Made by a program: the position numbers and the translations under genes. This document shows positions 1-14,060 of a stretch of 64,000 nucleotides of DNA, one piece after another. This DNA is from Octopus vulgaris (lineage: Eukaryota), in the NCBI GenBank assembly GCA_951406725.2, contig OX597823.1, forward strand, positions 12,772,001 through 12,836,000, given 5' to 3'. The notes below the pieces were generated by a model. That model saw only the letters and a list, made by a program, of their open reading frames with translations. It searched no databases and was not told the origin of the DNA. How positions within the stretch are numbered: the stretch's first letter is position 1; the number at the start of each line of letters is the position of its first letter.

Positions 1-79
1 TAATAAAATACTTCAGTGCTTTTATGTATATATAACTAAATGAAGTTCGTTGAACCTCGTATTTCTTGCTTATACTAAA

Positions 80-467
80 TTAGCTGTATCGCCCGGTGTT
101 GCTCGGGTTTGTAAGGGAATTAACTATATAGGCATTTTTAGAGAGTTATAGCCAAAAAATAGCAAAAAATTGCATTAAAAATGGGAAATAATTATGGTAA
201 TTTTTTTTAAATCGTTGACTCATCGTAGACATTTTTAGAGAGTTACTTCCCTTATATAATAGCGAAAAAATGCATTAAAATGGAAAAAAAATGATGGTAA
301 TTTTTTTTTAAATCGTAGACTCATCGTAGACGCGTGCTAATACCCAGAAGGGCTCGATATGAATCACGACTATAAGATACCCGGTTTTGGTTAAACTGCA
401 CCGCAAAATGTGGGAGTAGTAAGGAATCTAAATCGTAGGAGACAGACTTGACTTTTATATATAAAGA
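80..467 (-). mobile_element. Non-autonomous Helitron (family H1)
   Basis: Minus strand starts A|TCTTTATATATAAAA, has ctgtc repeats near the 5' end, a 3' hairpin cccgagcaacaccggg and a CTAA|T end. Homologous to 37054-37454 and 37800-38096. Confidence 0.8.
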
Positions 468-489
468 TATTCATACTTTCAGCTATAGA

Positions 490-630
490 CACAGGGCCTG
501 AAGTTTTGTTGAGATAGGGAATAAGACGATTACGTCGACCTCAGTGCTCAACTGGTACTTATTTTATCGACAAAGAAAGGATTAAACGCAAAGCCGAACC
601 CGACAGAATCTGAGTTTAGAACTTAAATTC
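490..630 (-). mobile_element. SINE-B fragment (degenerate)
   Basis: Reverse complement of the SINE-B core (ttctaaactcagatt...cctttctttgtcgataaaataagtaccagttgagcactgaggtcgac). Confidence 0.65.
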
Positions 631-710
631 GGCATGCTCACCTCCTTTGTTCCTATTAAATATTATATGAGAATATACATATCTAAGGTAAGTTTTAAAT
701 TTTAAATATG

Positions 711-864
711 CAACAGGAGTGGCTGTGTGGTAAGAAGCTTGCTTACCAACCACTTGGTTCCGAGTTCAGACCCACTGCGTGGCACCTTGGTCAAGCGTCT
801 TCTCCTATAGCCTCGGGCCAACTAAAGCCTTGTGAGTGGATTTAGCAGACGCAAACTGAAAGTC

Positions 865-948
<84 letters not shown>

Positions 949-1180
949 CTGTGTGCATGTGTGTGTGTGTTTGTGTGTCTGTGTTGTCCCCTCCCAACAT
1001 CGCTTGACAACCGATGCTGGTGTGTTTATGTCCCCATAACGCAGCACTTCACCAGAAAAGACAGATACAATAAATAACAGACATAAAAAAAGGATTGGAT
1101 TCAACTTGTTCGACTAATCATTTCAAGGCATTGCCCTAGCACGGCTGCAGTTCATTAACAAAACAAGTAAACGGCAAACG
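711..1180 (+). mobile_element. SINE-A, tRNA-derived SINE with internal (TA)n(TG)n microsatellite
   Basis: Head caggagtggctgtgtggtaagaagcttgcttaccaacc (A-box-like) and gagttcagaccc (B-box-like), internal microsatellite 865-970, tail aaacaagtaaa. Several homologous copies in the window. Confidence 0.85.
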
Positions 1181-2114
1181 ATTCTATTTTCGAGCCTTCC
1201 TAGTCTAATTTGAGGTCTAACTCTTGGGTATGATTAAGGCTTCTGAAATGGTTGCAGATTGCTTGATAGAAATAGACTGGGCATGTTGTAGTTTGTTTGG
1301 AAAGTAGTGGAAATATTGTTGTGATTTGTGCGATAGGAAGGAGATAGGAGTATTGATGTCGTAAGTGTATCAGATCGTTTAGAAAAGAAATTGTGTTCAG
1401 AGTGTCAGTGGCTGTTTTGTAAGAGGGATTTGATACTTTATCGACGAGCAAATACCTCTTGAATATTTGTGTGAAGAGTCTTCTGACAGGTTGGCTTTTA
1501 CTTATATACAAATTTTATTTGTGTGATAGTTGCGCCAAAGCAGAAAAACAAGGATTACTCAGGTTTAGAGAAATATAGGAACTCAAAGAACGAAGAGAAA
1601 GAGAGGGACAGTGACAGAATGAGCGAATGTATCGAATAACGATATCTTTCTTTGACGTTAGCGAGATCTGTGACATAGCTTTTACTCATGTAAAGAATGT
1701 AAAAGTATCATTTCGAAATTTTACTAATATTCTTGTGCGTTTCTTTCTAGAAGTATAATGACAGTGTTCACGTTGTTGTATAAAATCATTGAAGAATATT
1801 TTTTCTTAGCGGTGCATTCATGGAAGAAGTGATTTCTTGGAGTAAATTATTGACATGTATATAAAAAAAAGGAAGCAACTACAAAAAATTCCATAGTGAA
1901 GTAGTTAAATGTTTGAGAAGAATAACTGCGTATTCTGGAGAATTCTAGCAATGCATGTTGCAAAATAATCCTACGTTATGAAAGAGGTATGACACCTATC
2001 GATAGGCAGAATATTTTCTTGTCTGATGGAACAGCGACTTCTGATAGTGTCAGAGTAAAAGCAATCAGTTTCACGTTTTCCCAGTCTAACTGGGAAAATA
2101 ACTGATACTATATA

Positions 2115-2167
<53 letters not shown>

Positions 2168-2243
2168 TTCATAAAGCACGATATATTCGTGATCAGAGGC
2201 GTACGTAAACCGAGGATCTGCTATGTGTTCTGATATATACATA

Positions 2244-2285
<42 letters not shown>

Positions 2286-4640
2286 TGGATGTGTGCGTGT
2301 GTCGTTACACAAAGTCAATAGCCGAGACATTAAAATAATTCATAAAACGCCCACGTGTGCTTATATCTGTGCGCACACAGATGTTGATACAGCATTAAAA
2401 TGTATGTTTTGAGGCATGGATAAAATACGCTGCACTGGATGATGATATACCTTGTTGCATATGCTTATCTTATTGATTGTAGTTGACATAAGTTGGGTGA
2501 AAAGTGAATACAAGCCTGACCTTTACGTGCTGATGAGCCGTTAACGAAAGCTAGTGTTTTTCCTCTATAAACTTAAAAATGTATACATGTCTCCTCTTTT
2601 AGATTTGATACACAACTATGACAAGTGTCTTTTCTGATTACCTAAAGAGAGAAAACATTTGCCCTTGTTGCAAAACACATATTCTTTCTGATGATTATAG
2701 TCATTCGACAATTCGATTTTATGTCTATCCTCAGGATAGTAAACAAAAGATATAGCTTGTCTGCTTACATTAACAATGCAAAAAAGTATATATTTTTATA
2801 TGGAAATAGCTAATAACTACACAAATACAAAATGTCATTGCTAAAATTCTTACTAGAAAATTTAGATTTGCCTAAACAGATACATCGAGAAGCTAAAAAC
2901 CAGGGTATATCAATAATTCTGTCAGTTTACAATAATATATATTGTAAGTATAAATCAGGACTTTCAAATACTTGTGATATGGAATTTTACTTCTAACTAA
3001 TTACAGATGATCACCATCTAGTATTGATCTATACCATCTGAAGACGACACCTATGGCTATAATTAGAGAGAAATAAAAAAGATATGAATCATATATCTTT
3101 TTTTTTAGATAACATTGAAGGTAAGCAATTAAAATAGTTGTAATTTTTTTCTCTATGGCTTGTTCATATAGAAATATATGCTAACATTTTGCTTGTCGTT
3201 AAGTTTCATGTATCATTATTTTCTCTTAACAGCCTGAACAAAATATATATGACAAGTAATGCTGGACAAATTTGATGACACTTCAGTGAAGACTAAACTA
3301 ATAAATTATAATTGTGTAAAAATAGTACCGTCTCTGTCATTTAACCTGTTTTCATATATTAGTTTGATGATCATAAACGGTGTAAAAAAATCAAATCTTC
3401 TTAAGTTTCTGAGAAGAATAAGTTATTTTTCATAGTTTCAGCTCATGTAGATGTAGGGAATAATAAATCATCTGTTAGCTATTTGATGACGACCCCCTAT
3501 ACGGAGTATATTTATTTCTCATCTAGGTATCTCCATGAAGCCGGAGCTACATAGCATACAAAACAAAGAGTTTTTCTAGGAAATGAATGATAACATTGTA
3601 TGGAAACTGATTATGAGGAATCAGCTGTAACTGTTGTCTTTATTGGCACCGTTAATTATCGTCATTTTGTCCTCATCAATCTAAATCAACAGTACTTTTA
3701 TTTGATATCAGTAACAAATCAATGTATGGCAGTCGACTGACAGAACAGATAGAGTCGGGCAAGTTTCTTTGCACTATCTGTTCAAAGCCTCCGTTCTGAC
3801 AAAACGCCTGCGACAATTCTGGTACTAGGAGGTAACGACCAAAGTTGTCAGTCTTACTCTGAGATAAACACTGATGTGATGAAGAGGTAAAACTTGTATG
3901 TATGGGTAACTGCTTGTCTTCCACAAAAATTCCTTGAGGAACAGTCACCAATGATTAACAGAAGTCTTACATCGAATGTAATCGAAAAAAAAAATGAGCA
4001 TTCAGTTACCAAAAAATGAGTCTCAGACGTAGAAATGAATATAGAAAAGTGAAGAATGGAACCAAAAAATATGAAACATTAAGTTTGTTTGTCTATTATT
4101 TTTAACGAATTACCACCCTCTTATATGGCATTAAAGTCGTCTCACTCCCTTCAGAAAAAACAGACTGTTATGACAAAACGCTATAGAAAATGCTTCAATA
4201 GTTATCTTTATTATTTTTTCCTGTCTCACTTGGATAACATTTTCATAACATTTTATCTTAGATAAACAATTATATAGAAGAATATACTGATAAAATTAAT
4301 GCTTTTCTTTATTTCTTAAAACTATTCTTTACTTTTTTTTTTTTTTTTAGAATTTTGCTGTTCAGCATATTTTTTTATTCACTTCAAATATCTTGTAGAT
4401 AACGCGCTTTTGTGTGGTTATATTTATGCTTAAATATACGCATGTACACACTCTCACACATAAAAACACATACACACATATACGCACGCACACACATACA
4501 TAAATGTACGTGTGTGTGTGTGTGAGTGTGTATACTCACATTTATAAAATAATATTTTTATCTAATATGCAGACATACTTATAAGTGTACACAAACTCAC
4601 ATACATTAATATATAAATATATATGTATGAACATAATACT

Positions 4641-4692
<52 letters not shown>

Positions 4693-4936
4693 CATGCACC
4701 CACAATATATATTTGCGTGTGCGTAAGTGAGTGTATATATCTTGTGTGCTTGCTTACACGCGTATCACAGGAACATACATATGTTTCAATAGTAAGGAAA
4801 ATGCAAAAGATTAGAAAACTGGAATCAATTTAAAATCAGTCAAGTTAAACTACTGAGAAATATCTATCTATCTAACTATATATCTGTCTGTCTATCTATG
4901 CATCTCTCTGTCTGCCTGTCTGTCTGTCTATCTATC

Positions 4937-5000
<64 letters not shown>

Positions 5001-5014
5001 AATGTAGATATATA

Positions 5015-5717
5015 TCTTTATATATATAAAACTGAGAATGTGTGTCTGTCTGTCTGTGTGTTTCCCTAAAACTTGAGAACTACACAACCAATTTCATTCA
5101 AATTTTACACATGCCTTACTTAGGGTCCATGTAGTTTCATGGGCAAACAAATGTTCAACGTCTTGCCTAGAGCGAGCCCATAGCAATATCATATCTTCTC
5201 CACTATTTCAGTATTACGTGTTAAAAGTGAAACAAGAATATTTCTCTATTTTATGTCAGATGCTTTCATTTTAACAATAAAAATAATAATAACAATTGAA
5301 TTATATGTGGTAAGTAATAATTAAAATCAAACTAAAGTATAATATAATCGTAACATACAAAAGTAAAAATAGCAATTGGTATAAAATTGCATCAATGATT
5401 TGAACTTGAATAAGTGGTTTCACATGAATGGGAAGTAAATTAAAAATAAAATTAGCGTGCAGAAATGGAAAAGTCCAGATGGATAATAAAAAATTAAATT
5501 AAAGAAAAGACTATTGTCTATAAAGTATACAATGTAGAGAAAAAGAAGAGCTAACAATTCCAGTCTGTTATATATTTTGAGTATTGTTATCTCTAGCGAG
5601 ATCAAGATATGACTTTGTATTTTGCATTTTATGTGTACATGTAATATGTACACATATATATACACATATATACATGCACTAGCACTATGTCCAGGCAACG
5701 ACGGGTCTTTAATGCTA

Positions 5718-5718
<1 letters not shown>
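5015..5718 (+). mobile_element. Non-autonomous Helitron (family H2)
   Basis: A|TCTTTATATATATAAAA start, tgtctgtctg repeats, degenerate 3' hairpin (tccaggcaacgacggg) and CTAG|T end. Confidence 0.75.
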
Positions 5719-5772
<54 letters not shown>

Positions 5773-6125
5773 ATATATGAGAGAGAGAAATAGATAGACA
5801 GATAGTAAGATAGAGACGCACGCACGCACACACTCATATATATATATTCATAAATGAGGGTGAAAAATTAGATATTAATTTAATAATATCGTCAGTTTAA
5901 CACCAAGTGGCCTAGCACATTAATCTATCTTTTCGTTGTATTTCGCTTCCCTTACGTTGAAGGTAATGTTGTTTCTTCTGTGGAAACAACTTCGGTGGCT
6001 ATACCAGAATAAGGAGCTATTTCTAGCACTAGAGTTAACCACTTAACGTTAACTCTCTTATATTTATATATATATATAGGAAGACGCGTCGCAAGTATAA
6101 TGGCACGCATGGACCCACACTCGCA

Positions 6126-6171
6126 CATACATACATACATACATACATACATACATACATACATACATACA

Positions 6172-6200
<29 letters not shown>
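6126..6200. repeat. (CATA)n microsatellite
   Basis: Directly visible tetranucleotide run. Confidence 0.95.
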
Positions 6201-6202
<2 letters not shown>

Positions 6203-7025
6203 GCATGTATATATATATATGAGCGTGTCTAGACTTGCAGCTGTATGCATGACAACGCATACATAAAACAAAATATACAAATCTACACATATACATGCAT
6301 ACATATTGTACATACATGCATGCGTACATACATACAAGTAAAAATACTCTATTGATGTTGAAATTCCAGTGAATGGGCCTTGGATCTAGATTAGAAACTG
6401 GCTCTTTCTCCATTGGCATGAAATTTAGAGATAAAACTAAATAACGACATACATGGAGGTGAATTGCTGAAGCACAACAGTCTCTTTTCTCCATTGCCGA
6501 CAAAATACAGGGCCCAAAGTATTAATTTCTGTTTAATTAATACATACATATATTGACCTTTTTCAACAATTCATGGAGTTTCCATTGAATTAATTGCCGC
6601 TGATATTGCTAAAGTTCTCCGTTACCAGTTTTTTACTAAATAGAAGTAACCTTCTGTTAGCACGAATATTCTAATATGATATTTTCAATGCTTCAACGCT
6701 CTCAATTAATCTGTACCTTCCATATAAATGTAACAATTTAGACGCCATTTAATTTTTTCATCCGTACTTTCTTCGATATTTATTTTTCTCTTCAATATTA
6801 ATATTTTACATGAACTAAGTACCTTAGGTCAAAATTTGTACTTCTCAAGAATAAATTTGTAATAGGCTTCTGCTGAAAATACTCTTCAAGGGATTTATGA
6901 TATGACGAATAAAATAGCAAATATTTTGAGATTTTCAAAAGCTATACACACACAGAGACACACATAAAGTCAAACGTGGATGCAAAAATGAATGCATCCA
7001 TTATATATACATACATACAGATAGT

Positions 7026-7417
7026 AGGCACAGGCGTGGCTGTATGGTAAGAAGGCGGCGAGCTGGCAGAAACATTAGCATGCCGGACGAAATGCATTGC
7101 GGTGTCTTTGTATGCCGTTAAGTTCTGAGTTCAAATTCCGCCGAGGTCGACTTTGCCTTTCATCCTTTCGAGGTCGATAAATTAAGTACCAGTTACGCAC
7201 TGGGGTCCATGTAGTCGACTTGATACCTTTGTCTATTCTTGTTTGTCCCTTGTATGTTTAGCCCTTTGTGGGCAATAAAGAAATAAGAAGTTTGCATCCT
7301 AACTACATGGCTCTAGGTTCAGTCCCACTGTGGGCAAGCGTCTTCTACTGTAGTCTCGGACCGACCAAAGCTTTGTGAGTGGATTTGGTAGATGGAAACT
7401 GAAAGAAACCCTCTGTA

Positions 7418-7461
<44 letters not shown>

Positions 7462-7595
7462 TGCGTCTGTCTCTGTTTGTCCTCGCATCATCGCTTGACA
7501 AGCGATGGTGGTGTGCTTACGTCCTGTAACTTAGCGGTTCGGCAGAAGACACCGATAGAATAACAACAAGGCTTATAAAGTCTTGAGATCAATTT
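7026..7595 (+). mobile_element. SINE-A interrupted in its tRNA head by a SINE-B
   Basis: aggcacaggcgtggctgtatggtaagaag, then SINE-B, then SINE-A resumes (taagaagtttgcatcc...ggttcagtcccactg). Confidence 0.8.
7054..7285 (+). mobile_element. SINE-B, full-length tRNA-derived SINE with tail type 1
   Basis: Head ggcggcgagctggcagaaac, B box gagttcaaattc, core gcctttcatcctttcgaggtcgataaattaagtacc (resembles the Nin/Deu SINE domain), tail tgtatgtttagccctttgtgggcaataaagaaata. TSD taagaag at 7048-7054 and 7284-7290. Confidence 0.85.
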
Positions 7596-7814
7596 GTAAA
7601 TGCAATTGTTGGAAAATAATCCAAAGTTGAATATACCCCATTGCAAGTAGTTATCTAAATAAACATGCCTGCTTGAATAATAAATCTAACAACACGTCAC
7701 AGTACATGTTCTAACATAAATGTGGGAGCACAATCAACACAGGTACAATAATTGGCGAAAGAGCCCAACTAAGAGAACAAGGATCATAAAGCGAAGGACG
7801 TTGGTGCAGCGCCT

Positions 7815-8520
7815 GTCTTTCCGTTCTGAGTTCAAATCTTGTGGAGATCAACTTTGCCTTTCATTGTTTAGGGGTTGATAAAATACGCAGTAGTTGAGCA
7901 TTGGGGTTGATATAATCGACTTCCTTGATTCCCTGAACATCCTGGCCTTGTGCCAAAATTCCAAAGTATTATTATATTTATTAAGGCGGTGAGCTGGCTG
8001 AATTGTGAAGCATGCCGGAGAAAATGCTTAGACGCACTTCGTCCGTTTTTACGTTGTGAGTTCAAATTTTGCTGAGGTTGATTTTGCTTTTTTTTCCATT
8101 TGGGGGTCGATAAAATAAGTACCAATCGAGTTCTGGGTACCCAATGCACGGACATTACTGGAATTGTGCCTAAATTTGAAACCATATTACCATTATTATT
8201 ATAAAGGTGAAGGCAGAGAGCTGGCAGAATCGTAAGTACGTTGGTCAGTTCAAATTCCACCGAGGTCGACTTTGCCTTTCATCCTTTCGGGCTCGATAAA
8301 ATAATTACCAGTCGAACACTAGGGTCGATGTAATCGACTCTTCCCCGCCACCCCCAAGCTGCCTCTCTGGAAAAAATTGAAATAATATACTATTGTTAAG
8401 GTGGGAGCTAGCAAAATTGTTAAGCATGCCGTGCAAATTACTGAGCGACATCTCGTTCTGAGATCAAATGCCATTGCGGTCAACTTTGCTTTCCTCATTT
8501 CGGGGTCTATAGATTTCAAT
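7815..8520 (+). mobile_element. Tandem cluster of about 4 degenerate SINE-B units (tail type 2)
   Basis: Repeated aaggcggtgagctggc heads, gagttcaaat B boxes and ccttgtgccaaaatt...attatt tails. Confidence 0.7.
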
Positions 8521-10169
8521 TGACCAAATTCGGGCACCTGAGACAACAAGTTAAGTTCCTGTGCCTCGACTACGAAACTAAGTTGTATGGTGTCAAAAGA
8601 GTTTTCTTTTTACATAATCCTATTTGTGACTCTTACCAAATGTTTCATTGAAAATATGAATGTGAGCGTTTTGTATACATATTTTGTAATAGAAAAAAAC
8701 CTTCGGAAATGTCTAGGTATACAGGTAGGTTAGGTAGGGTGACATATATCGCTATAGAAATTAGGAAATATATGCTTAAATTGTTTCTAAATGATTAGGA
8801 TACTTTTTATAAAAGTGTAAAATATACGTATATATATATAAAATTATGTGTAAATGTATATGAAAGTATCCGAAGAGATTCTCTCTACATGCAGAGAATC
8901 ACATAATCACCGGCACTCTGAAACTTAACTATGCGCAAACGAAATCGTATACACCTATACATATACCTTCACAAAGACGCTGAAAGAATCATTCAAAGAG
9001 ATAACTGCACACGTTCGAACATGACACTTAGCGAAACACACAGACACACACACACATACACATACACATTCATTCTTAGAAAATTTATTTAGTTTTCTTT
9101 ATGCCACTGTTTTCATGAAGAGATAGCATATACAATTTCAGCTTTTTGATCAGCACAATTTCTTGTGTTGTTTTTGTATTTTTATTCTTGTGTTTGGAAT
9201 TTGCAAATTATAGTTTGATCTTTCTCCTTCACTTTTTAATGCAATGCAAATGGTAAAAATCATTGTTGTTACTGTATATCACACATAAAATCCTGGCAGA
9301 GCACTCCTATCATCAAAGGCTAGAACTGCCGCTTTTTCCAGTCAGTTTATTATAGCGTACAGTATCCAGTATTATTTTATATTTTTTCTTAATTGTATTC
9401 GAGTAATTTGAGGGAAATTTGAATTAATTCTTCACCATACATACATGCATGCATACATGAATGCGTACATCCATGCATACATGAATACACGCACATATAC
9501 ATACATATAATATGTCAGGAAGTATAAGAGATGATAATATATGTTTAACCACTTGACATTCTTAGGATCACTGGCGTTTCGCAGCCTTCTTCATGAAGTA
9601 ATCATCTGAGTGTGGAATAAAATTATGTTTACATTAATATGCATGCTTATGCATTATACAATACAATTGTATATTCATAAATCAATGCAAATAGAGATAG
9701 CCATTAGATGGTCTGAGAAGCTAGCTTTCTTTATTTGTATTGGTTTGTGAATATAAAATTGTATTGAATTGTAAGACGCATAGCATGCATATTGATGCTA
9801 ACATAAAATTATTCTACACTAAAATTCTTGCTACATGAATAAGGCTGCGAAATGGTCGTAGTCATAATGATGTAAAGCAGTTAAATCTATCGCTCATATC
9901 TCCTGAATTTTTTATGACCTCCATGCTCCTCAAAGTAATTTCTTTGACCGGGACTTCTGAGTTTCAGCAGCATGAACATTCTGTATTACACTTTTTCTGT
10001 ATTAGATTATTAAGAGGTCTGACATCCAAGTTGGTCAGAGGAGATTTCTGTGATAACCACACGATCCTCTAAATCGATAACTTATATACAAATTACACGC
10101 ACACATACACGCACACACACATACACTCACACAGACACACACGCATGCATACACACATATGCACTTTAT

Positions 10170-12160
10170 TTTGGTGGGTATGTATCTGAAATGGGAAAGG
10201 CATTCGATTTTGGTTGTAGAATCACATCGTAACCTTGCAGCTAAGTACATTACTTTGACCGCAGGCCACGGATATTTATGCTATCTACTTTCAGTAAAAT
10301 TCCTTATATAAAAAATAGAAATAATAAGTGAGATGGTAACCACCACAATTTCCTTTTCGAGACCTTGGTAACTACAATCCAAATTATTTTGTCTTAATTC
10401 ATTTGAAAGCTACTTACGTTATGTAAGAAATGTTCTCTTAGAGAACGACATATCGCTGATGTGGTTCTGACTAGAAATCTACTTTGTAGTTGTCTTGAAA
10501 TAGTTTTATCGCCCTCATGCCCATCTCCTTAAGTGAACGGTTAGTAATACTCTGTCAACTTCTCCTTTCCTTTCTGATAACTAGAAAAAATATGTTGTTC
10601 TTGCTATTTGTGCCTGTTTTTGTTGCTACTGGGTTTTTTGTTTTCCTTTTCCTTTGTTCTTTAATTCTTAAGATTCCTTTTACTGTTGCTGCTGGTATCT
10701 TCTTGGTGATTTTGTTGTTACGTGGCAGTTGTATCTGCGGTTTTTACTGTTGATTTCTTATACACGATGTGTCACACTCGCTATGGTAGTGGCTGTTGGT
10801 CTGTCGAGTGAGGAAACTGTTTAATCATGACATTTTCAGATCTGATTGGCTTGGCGTTGCCAAGCGTTTGGGCTTTTCGTATCAGGCAACCAGAATTGTC
10901 TATTCACCCGCTATATCTTGTGTGTTTCTCCACAACCTACCTGCAATTCGGACGTTGAAGGCATGTTAGCGATTGTTCTATTTTGCTCTCTATCATTTAC
11001 TTTTGTCCGTACTTGTTTTGGTTGGTAAGAAAACATCTTTGCGGGGGATTTTTCCAAGTATCTTAGCAATTCATTCTACAGTTGATACTGCTCTAATTCT
11101 GAAGCTGCAGCAGTCCGGGTTTTGGAAAAAGTGGTTAAAAAACACCATCTCCTTTCACGTAGCTTACTGTAGAGCAGAAAGTTTTGAAGCCCTTCGTTTT
11201 GCCACAAATATGGACCCTCGAATTTCTAGTATCTCACTTCACTTGCATTTCCTCACACATCCCGAAGAAAAAGAATGGTCGAGGATGCCTTTCAGAATTT
11301 CTAGTTCGACTAATGTGGAACAGGGACAATGCTCTTTTGTTTTGTTGGGAGTTTGTTTTCTAACTTATCTCTTCATATTCTTCGAACATTGCAACAATAC
11401 TTACCTGGACCATAAGTTACTGGAAGTTTCTGAATTTGTTTTTTGAAAGCATAACATATTCCGCTCCTATGGCTTCTATCTGGCTGTTGCGGATAACTAT
11501 TATCTCGTGCTATCTTCATTTTGCCAGAAAACTATTGTGCATCCCACCTCTTCCAAGCATTTTTCAACACATGCAACATTTGGGTACCACTCTCTCCTTT
11601 ATTGTTCATTGACTTGCCTCTAATATGAAGGAAATTCTCTTCAAAAAAAATCATCGCTATAGTTTTTGGTGTAATCTAGGTTCAACGTTGTTATTAGTTG
11701 TGGTGTTACTGATGTTATTGTTAATTTCTCGACGACTTTGAATGGGAGGTGTTACTGCCTGGCATTAGTCACCAGTTACTAAATTTGGAATATACCACCG
11801 AAGTCGTTTTCGCACGAGGTAATAGGGCAGATATCTTCATTCTCCTCCTCATCTTTTAAACTTGCGCTAGATTTTTTTATAAAAGTTATTAGAAAATATT
11901 CAAGCGAAAATTCTTTCGGAACGGAGATCACGAAAAATTTGGCGGAAATGGCTTTTTCAACGGTGGAAATCGGCAAAAGTAAAGCAAATTTTGTTAAAGC
12001 TCACCAGCAGTACTTCAGCGTGTATTCCATGTGCGGTCACGCAGGTAGACTCCAGTCGATTTTTCCATCCGAGGGGAGGCTTGAACCAGATATATCACAT
12101 GCCATGAGTACTGGAAACAACTGTAAGGCAAATTTGCTTCAAGGAAGGAATTATATGTAA
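10170..12160 (-). pseudogene. Degenerate 5' part of an L1/Tx1-like LINE (ORF1 remnant plus start of ORF2 APE endonuclease)
   Basis: Minus-strand fragments LLPISTVEKAISAKFFVISVPKEFSLEYF (about 11980-11890) and TIKERVVPKCCMC (about 11605-11567) resemble the ORF1 at 44218-45417. LLKVDSINIRGLRS at about 10297-10256 matches the N-terminal S-x-N-x-R-G-L motif of L1-clade APE. Many stops and frameshifts. Confidence 0.5.
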
Positions 12161-12545
12161 TGGCTATTATTTCAGCTTGATACACACACACAAACACACA
12201 CACACACACACACACATACATACGTACACGAACACACATATATGTACATATATATACATTGGGACGCACACTTAAGATGCTTTTACAATTAATAATAATA
12301 GCAGTGAGAAGAAAAAGATAATCAAAAGAAATATCAATAAAAACATCAATGATAAAAATAACTTTGATAACTACAGAATGAAATTATGACTAGAAGGAAT
12401 TTAAATTTCCTCCTAATTATAATAAAAAAGCTGCTATGAATTGTTTGTTCTGATAATGTCTTTCCATTACAGCAAAGTGAACAAATCATTGGTTACGTTT
12501 TCTAAGAAAAATATTAAAATATATGCACATATACATAAAACTATG

Positions 12546-12609
<64 letters not shown>

Positions 12610-13283
12610 TATATTATATTATATACATACTCAGGTATATAAGCATAGGAAGGTATTCATTTCTAAATGCAATTATAGCGTGTCTAATTTAATAAATGTT
12701 ACGATGGTTTATTAAGTTCATTACGTTGAAAATACTATGTTCAGAAGTACTGTACTAAAAATGTGTGCGCATTCATACATACGTATTAGAATACATTTTT
12801 GTCTATATCTTATGCATATAAATATTGTATCCTTATGTATATGTAAACTTTTTAAATTATGTTCTCACAATGAGAAAGTGATAATTATAAAATAATTGGA
12901 ATAGATAATAACGAACTTTTGTCGCATATTCCATCAGACAATACAAGTGTAATAATTATTCTATCTCTATTATACTCTTTTCCAAATTTGGTCATAGTTA
13001 TGTGTGTATGTTACTCCAAATATGTATTTTTTTTATCGTATAAATACACACAAACTTTACCTATCGAAATATGTATGCACACATACACCCACACAGGTAC
13101 GTGAATATGTTGGTAAAGAAATGGAAAGACAGCACGAAATAGTGCGTTGAAGGTATGAGTACCTAACTGGTTTTTTTGTATCTCCATACAAATTTTGAAG
13201 CATATCTGCTCCTACAAGCATTGCAGAAATGAGAGGGAGTGAAGCTGTTATTAAAAACACAGAAACATGCAAACCCATAAGCG

Positions 13284-14060
13284 CGTTTTTGCGAGCTGGC
13301 AGAATCGTTAGCATGTCTGGTAAAATACTTAGCGGTATTTCATCCGTCTTTACGTTCTGAGTTCAAATTCCGCCGAGGTCGACTTTGCCTTTCATCCTTT
13401 CGTGGTTGATAAATTAAGTACCAGTTACGCATTGGGGTCGATGTAATTGACTTAATCCCTTTGTCTGTCTTTATTTGTCCCCTCTATGTTTAGTCCCTTG
13501 TGGTTAGTAAAGAAATAGGTATTTCATTCGTCTTTACGTTCTGAGTTCAAATTCCGCCGAAGTCGACTTTACCTTTTATCCTTCGGGTCGTCAAAATAAG
13601 TACTAGCTGAGTACTGTAGTCGATGTATTTTGATCTCCCCTTCCTCCGAAATTTCTATCCTAGAGCCAAAATTTAAAACCACTGTTGCTATTATTAAGGC
13701 GGTGACCTGACAGAATCGTTAACATGCCGGATTATATGCTTAGTGGAATGTCGTCGGTCCTTACTTTCTGTAGTTCAAATGCCGCCCAGGTCGACTCTGT
13801 GTCTCATCATTTCGAGGTCGATAAAGTGCCAACTGAACACTGCAGTCTATGTAAATGACTTGCACCCGACATCCACACCATAAATTTCAGGACTTAGCGG
13901 CACTTCTTCTGGCTTTACATTCTTAATTGAAATGCTGCACAAGTCAACTCTGCCTTTCATCCTTTCCCGGCCGATAAAACTTGAACCGGTTAAGCACTGG
14001 GGTCGATGCAATCAACTACTGTCTCTCCCACATTTTCGAGCATTTTGCGTTTAGTGGGCA
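13284..14060 (+). mobile_element. SINE-B composite cluster (tail1 unit, ggtatttc-started tail2 unit, further degenerate units)
   Basis: Repeated SINE-B cores with junction aaagaaata|ggtatttc at about 13517. Confidence 0.8.

Noticed and set aside
805-1104. Short ORFs rich in YI, HT, CV or MYVC (here and throughout the track)
   Set aside because: Translations of microsatellites and SINEs.
1200-1511. 103-aa ORF with a possible YIG-like start
   Set aside because: Too degenerate to call a GIY-YIG remnant.
2522-2560. ctgatgagccgttaacgaaagcta, hammerhead-like spacing
   Set aside because: Stem II has only one pair and no stem I complement follows, so it is likely chance.
3676-3951. 91-aa minus-strand ORF
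   Set aside because: No recognisable motif, no ATG start and no convincing splice sites; left unassigned.
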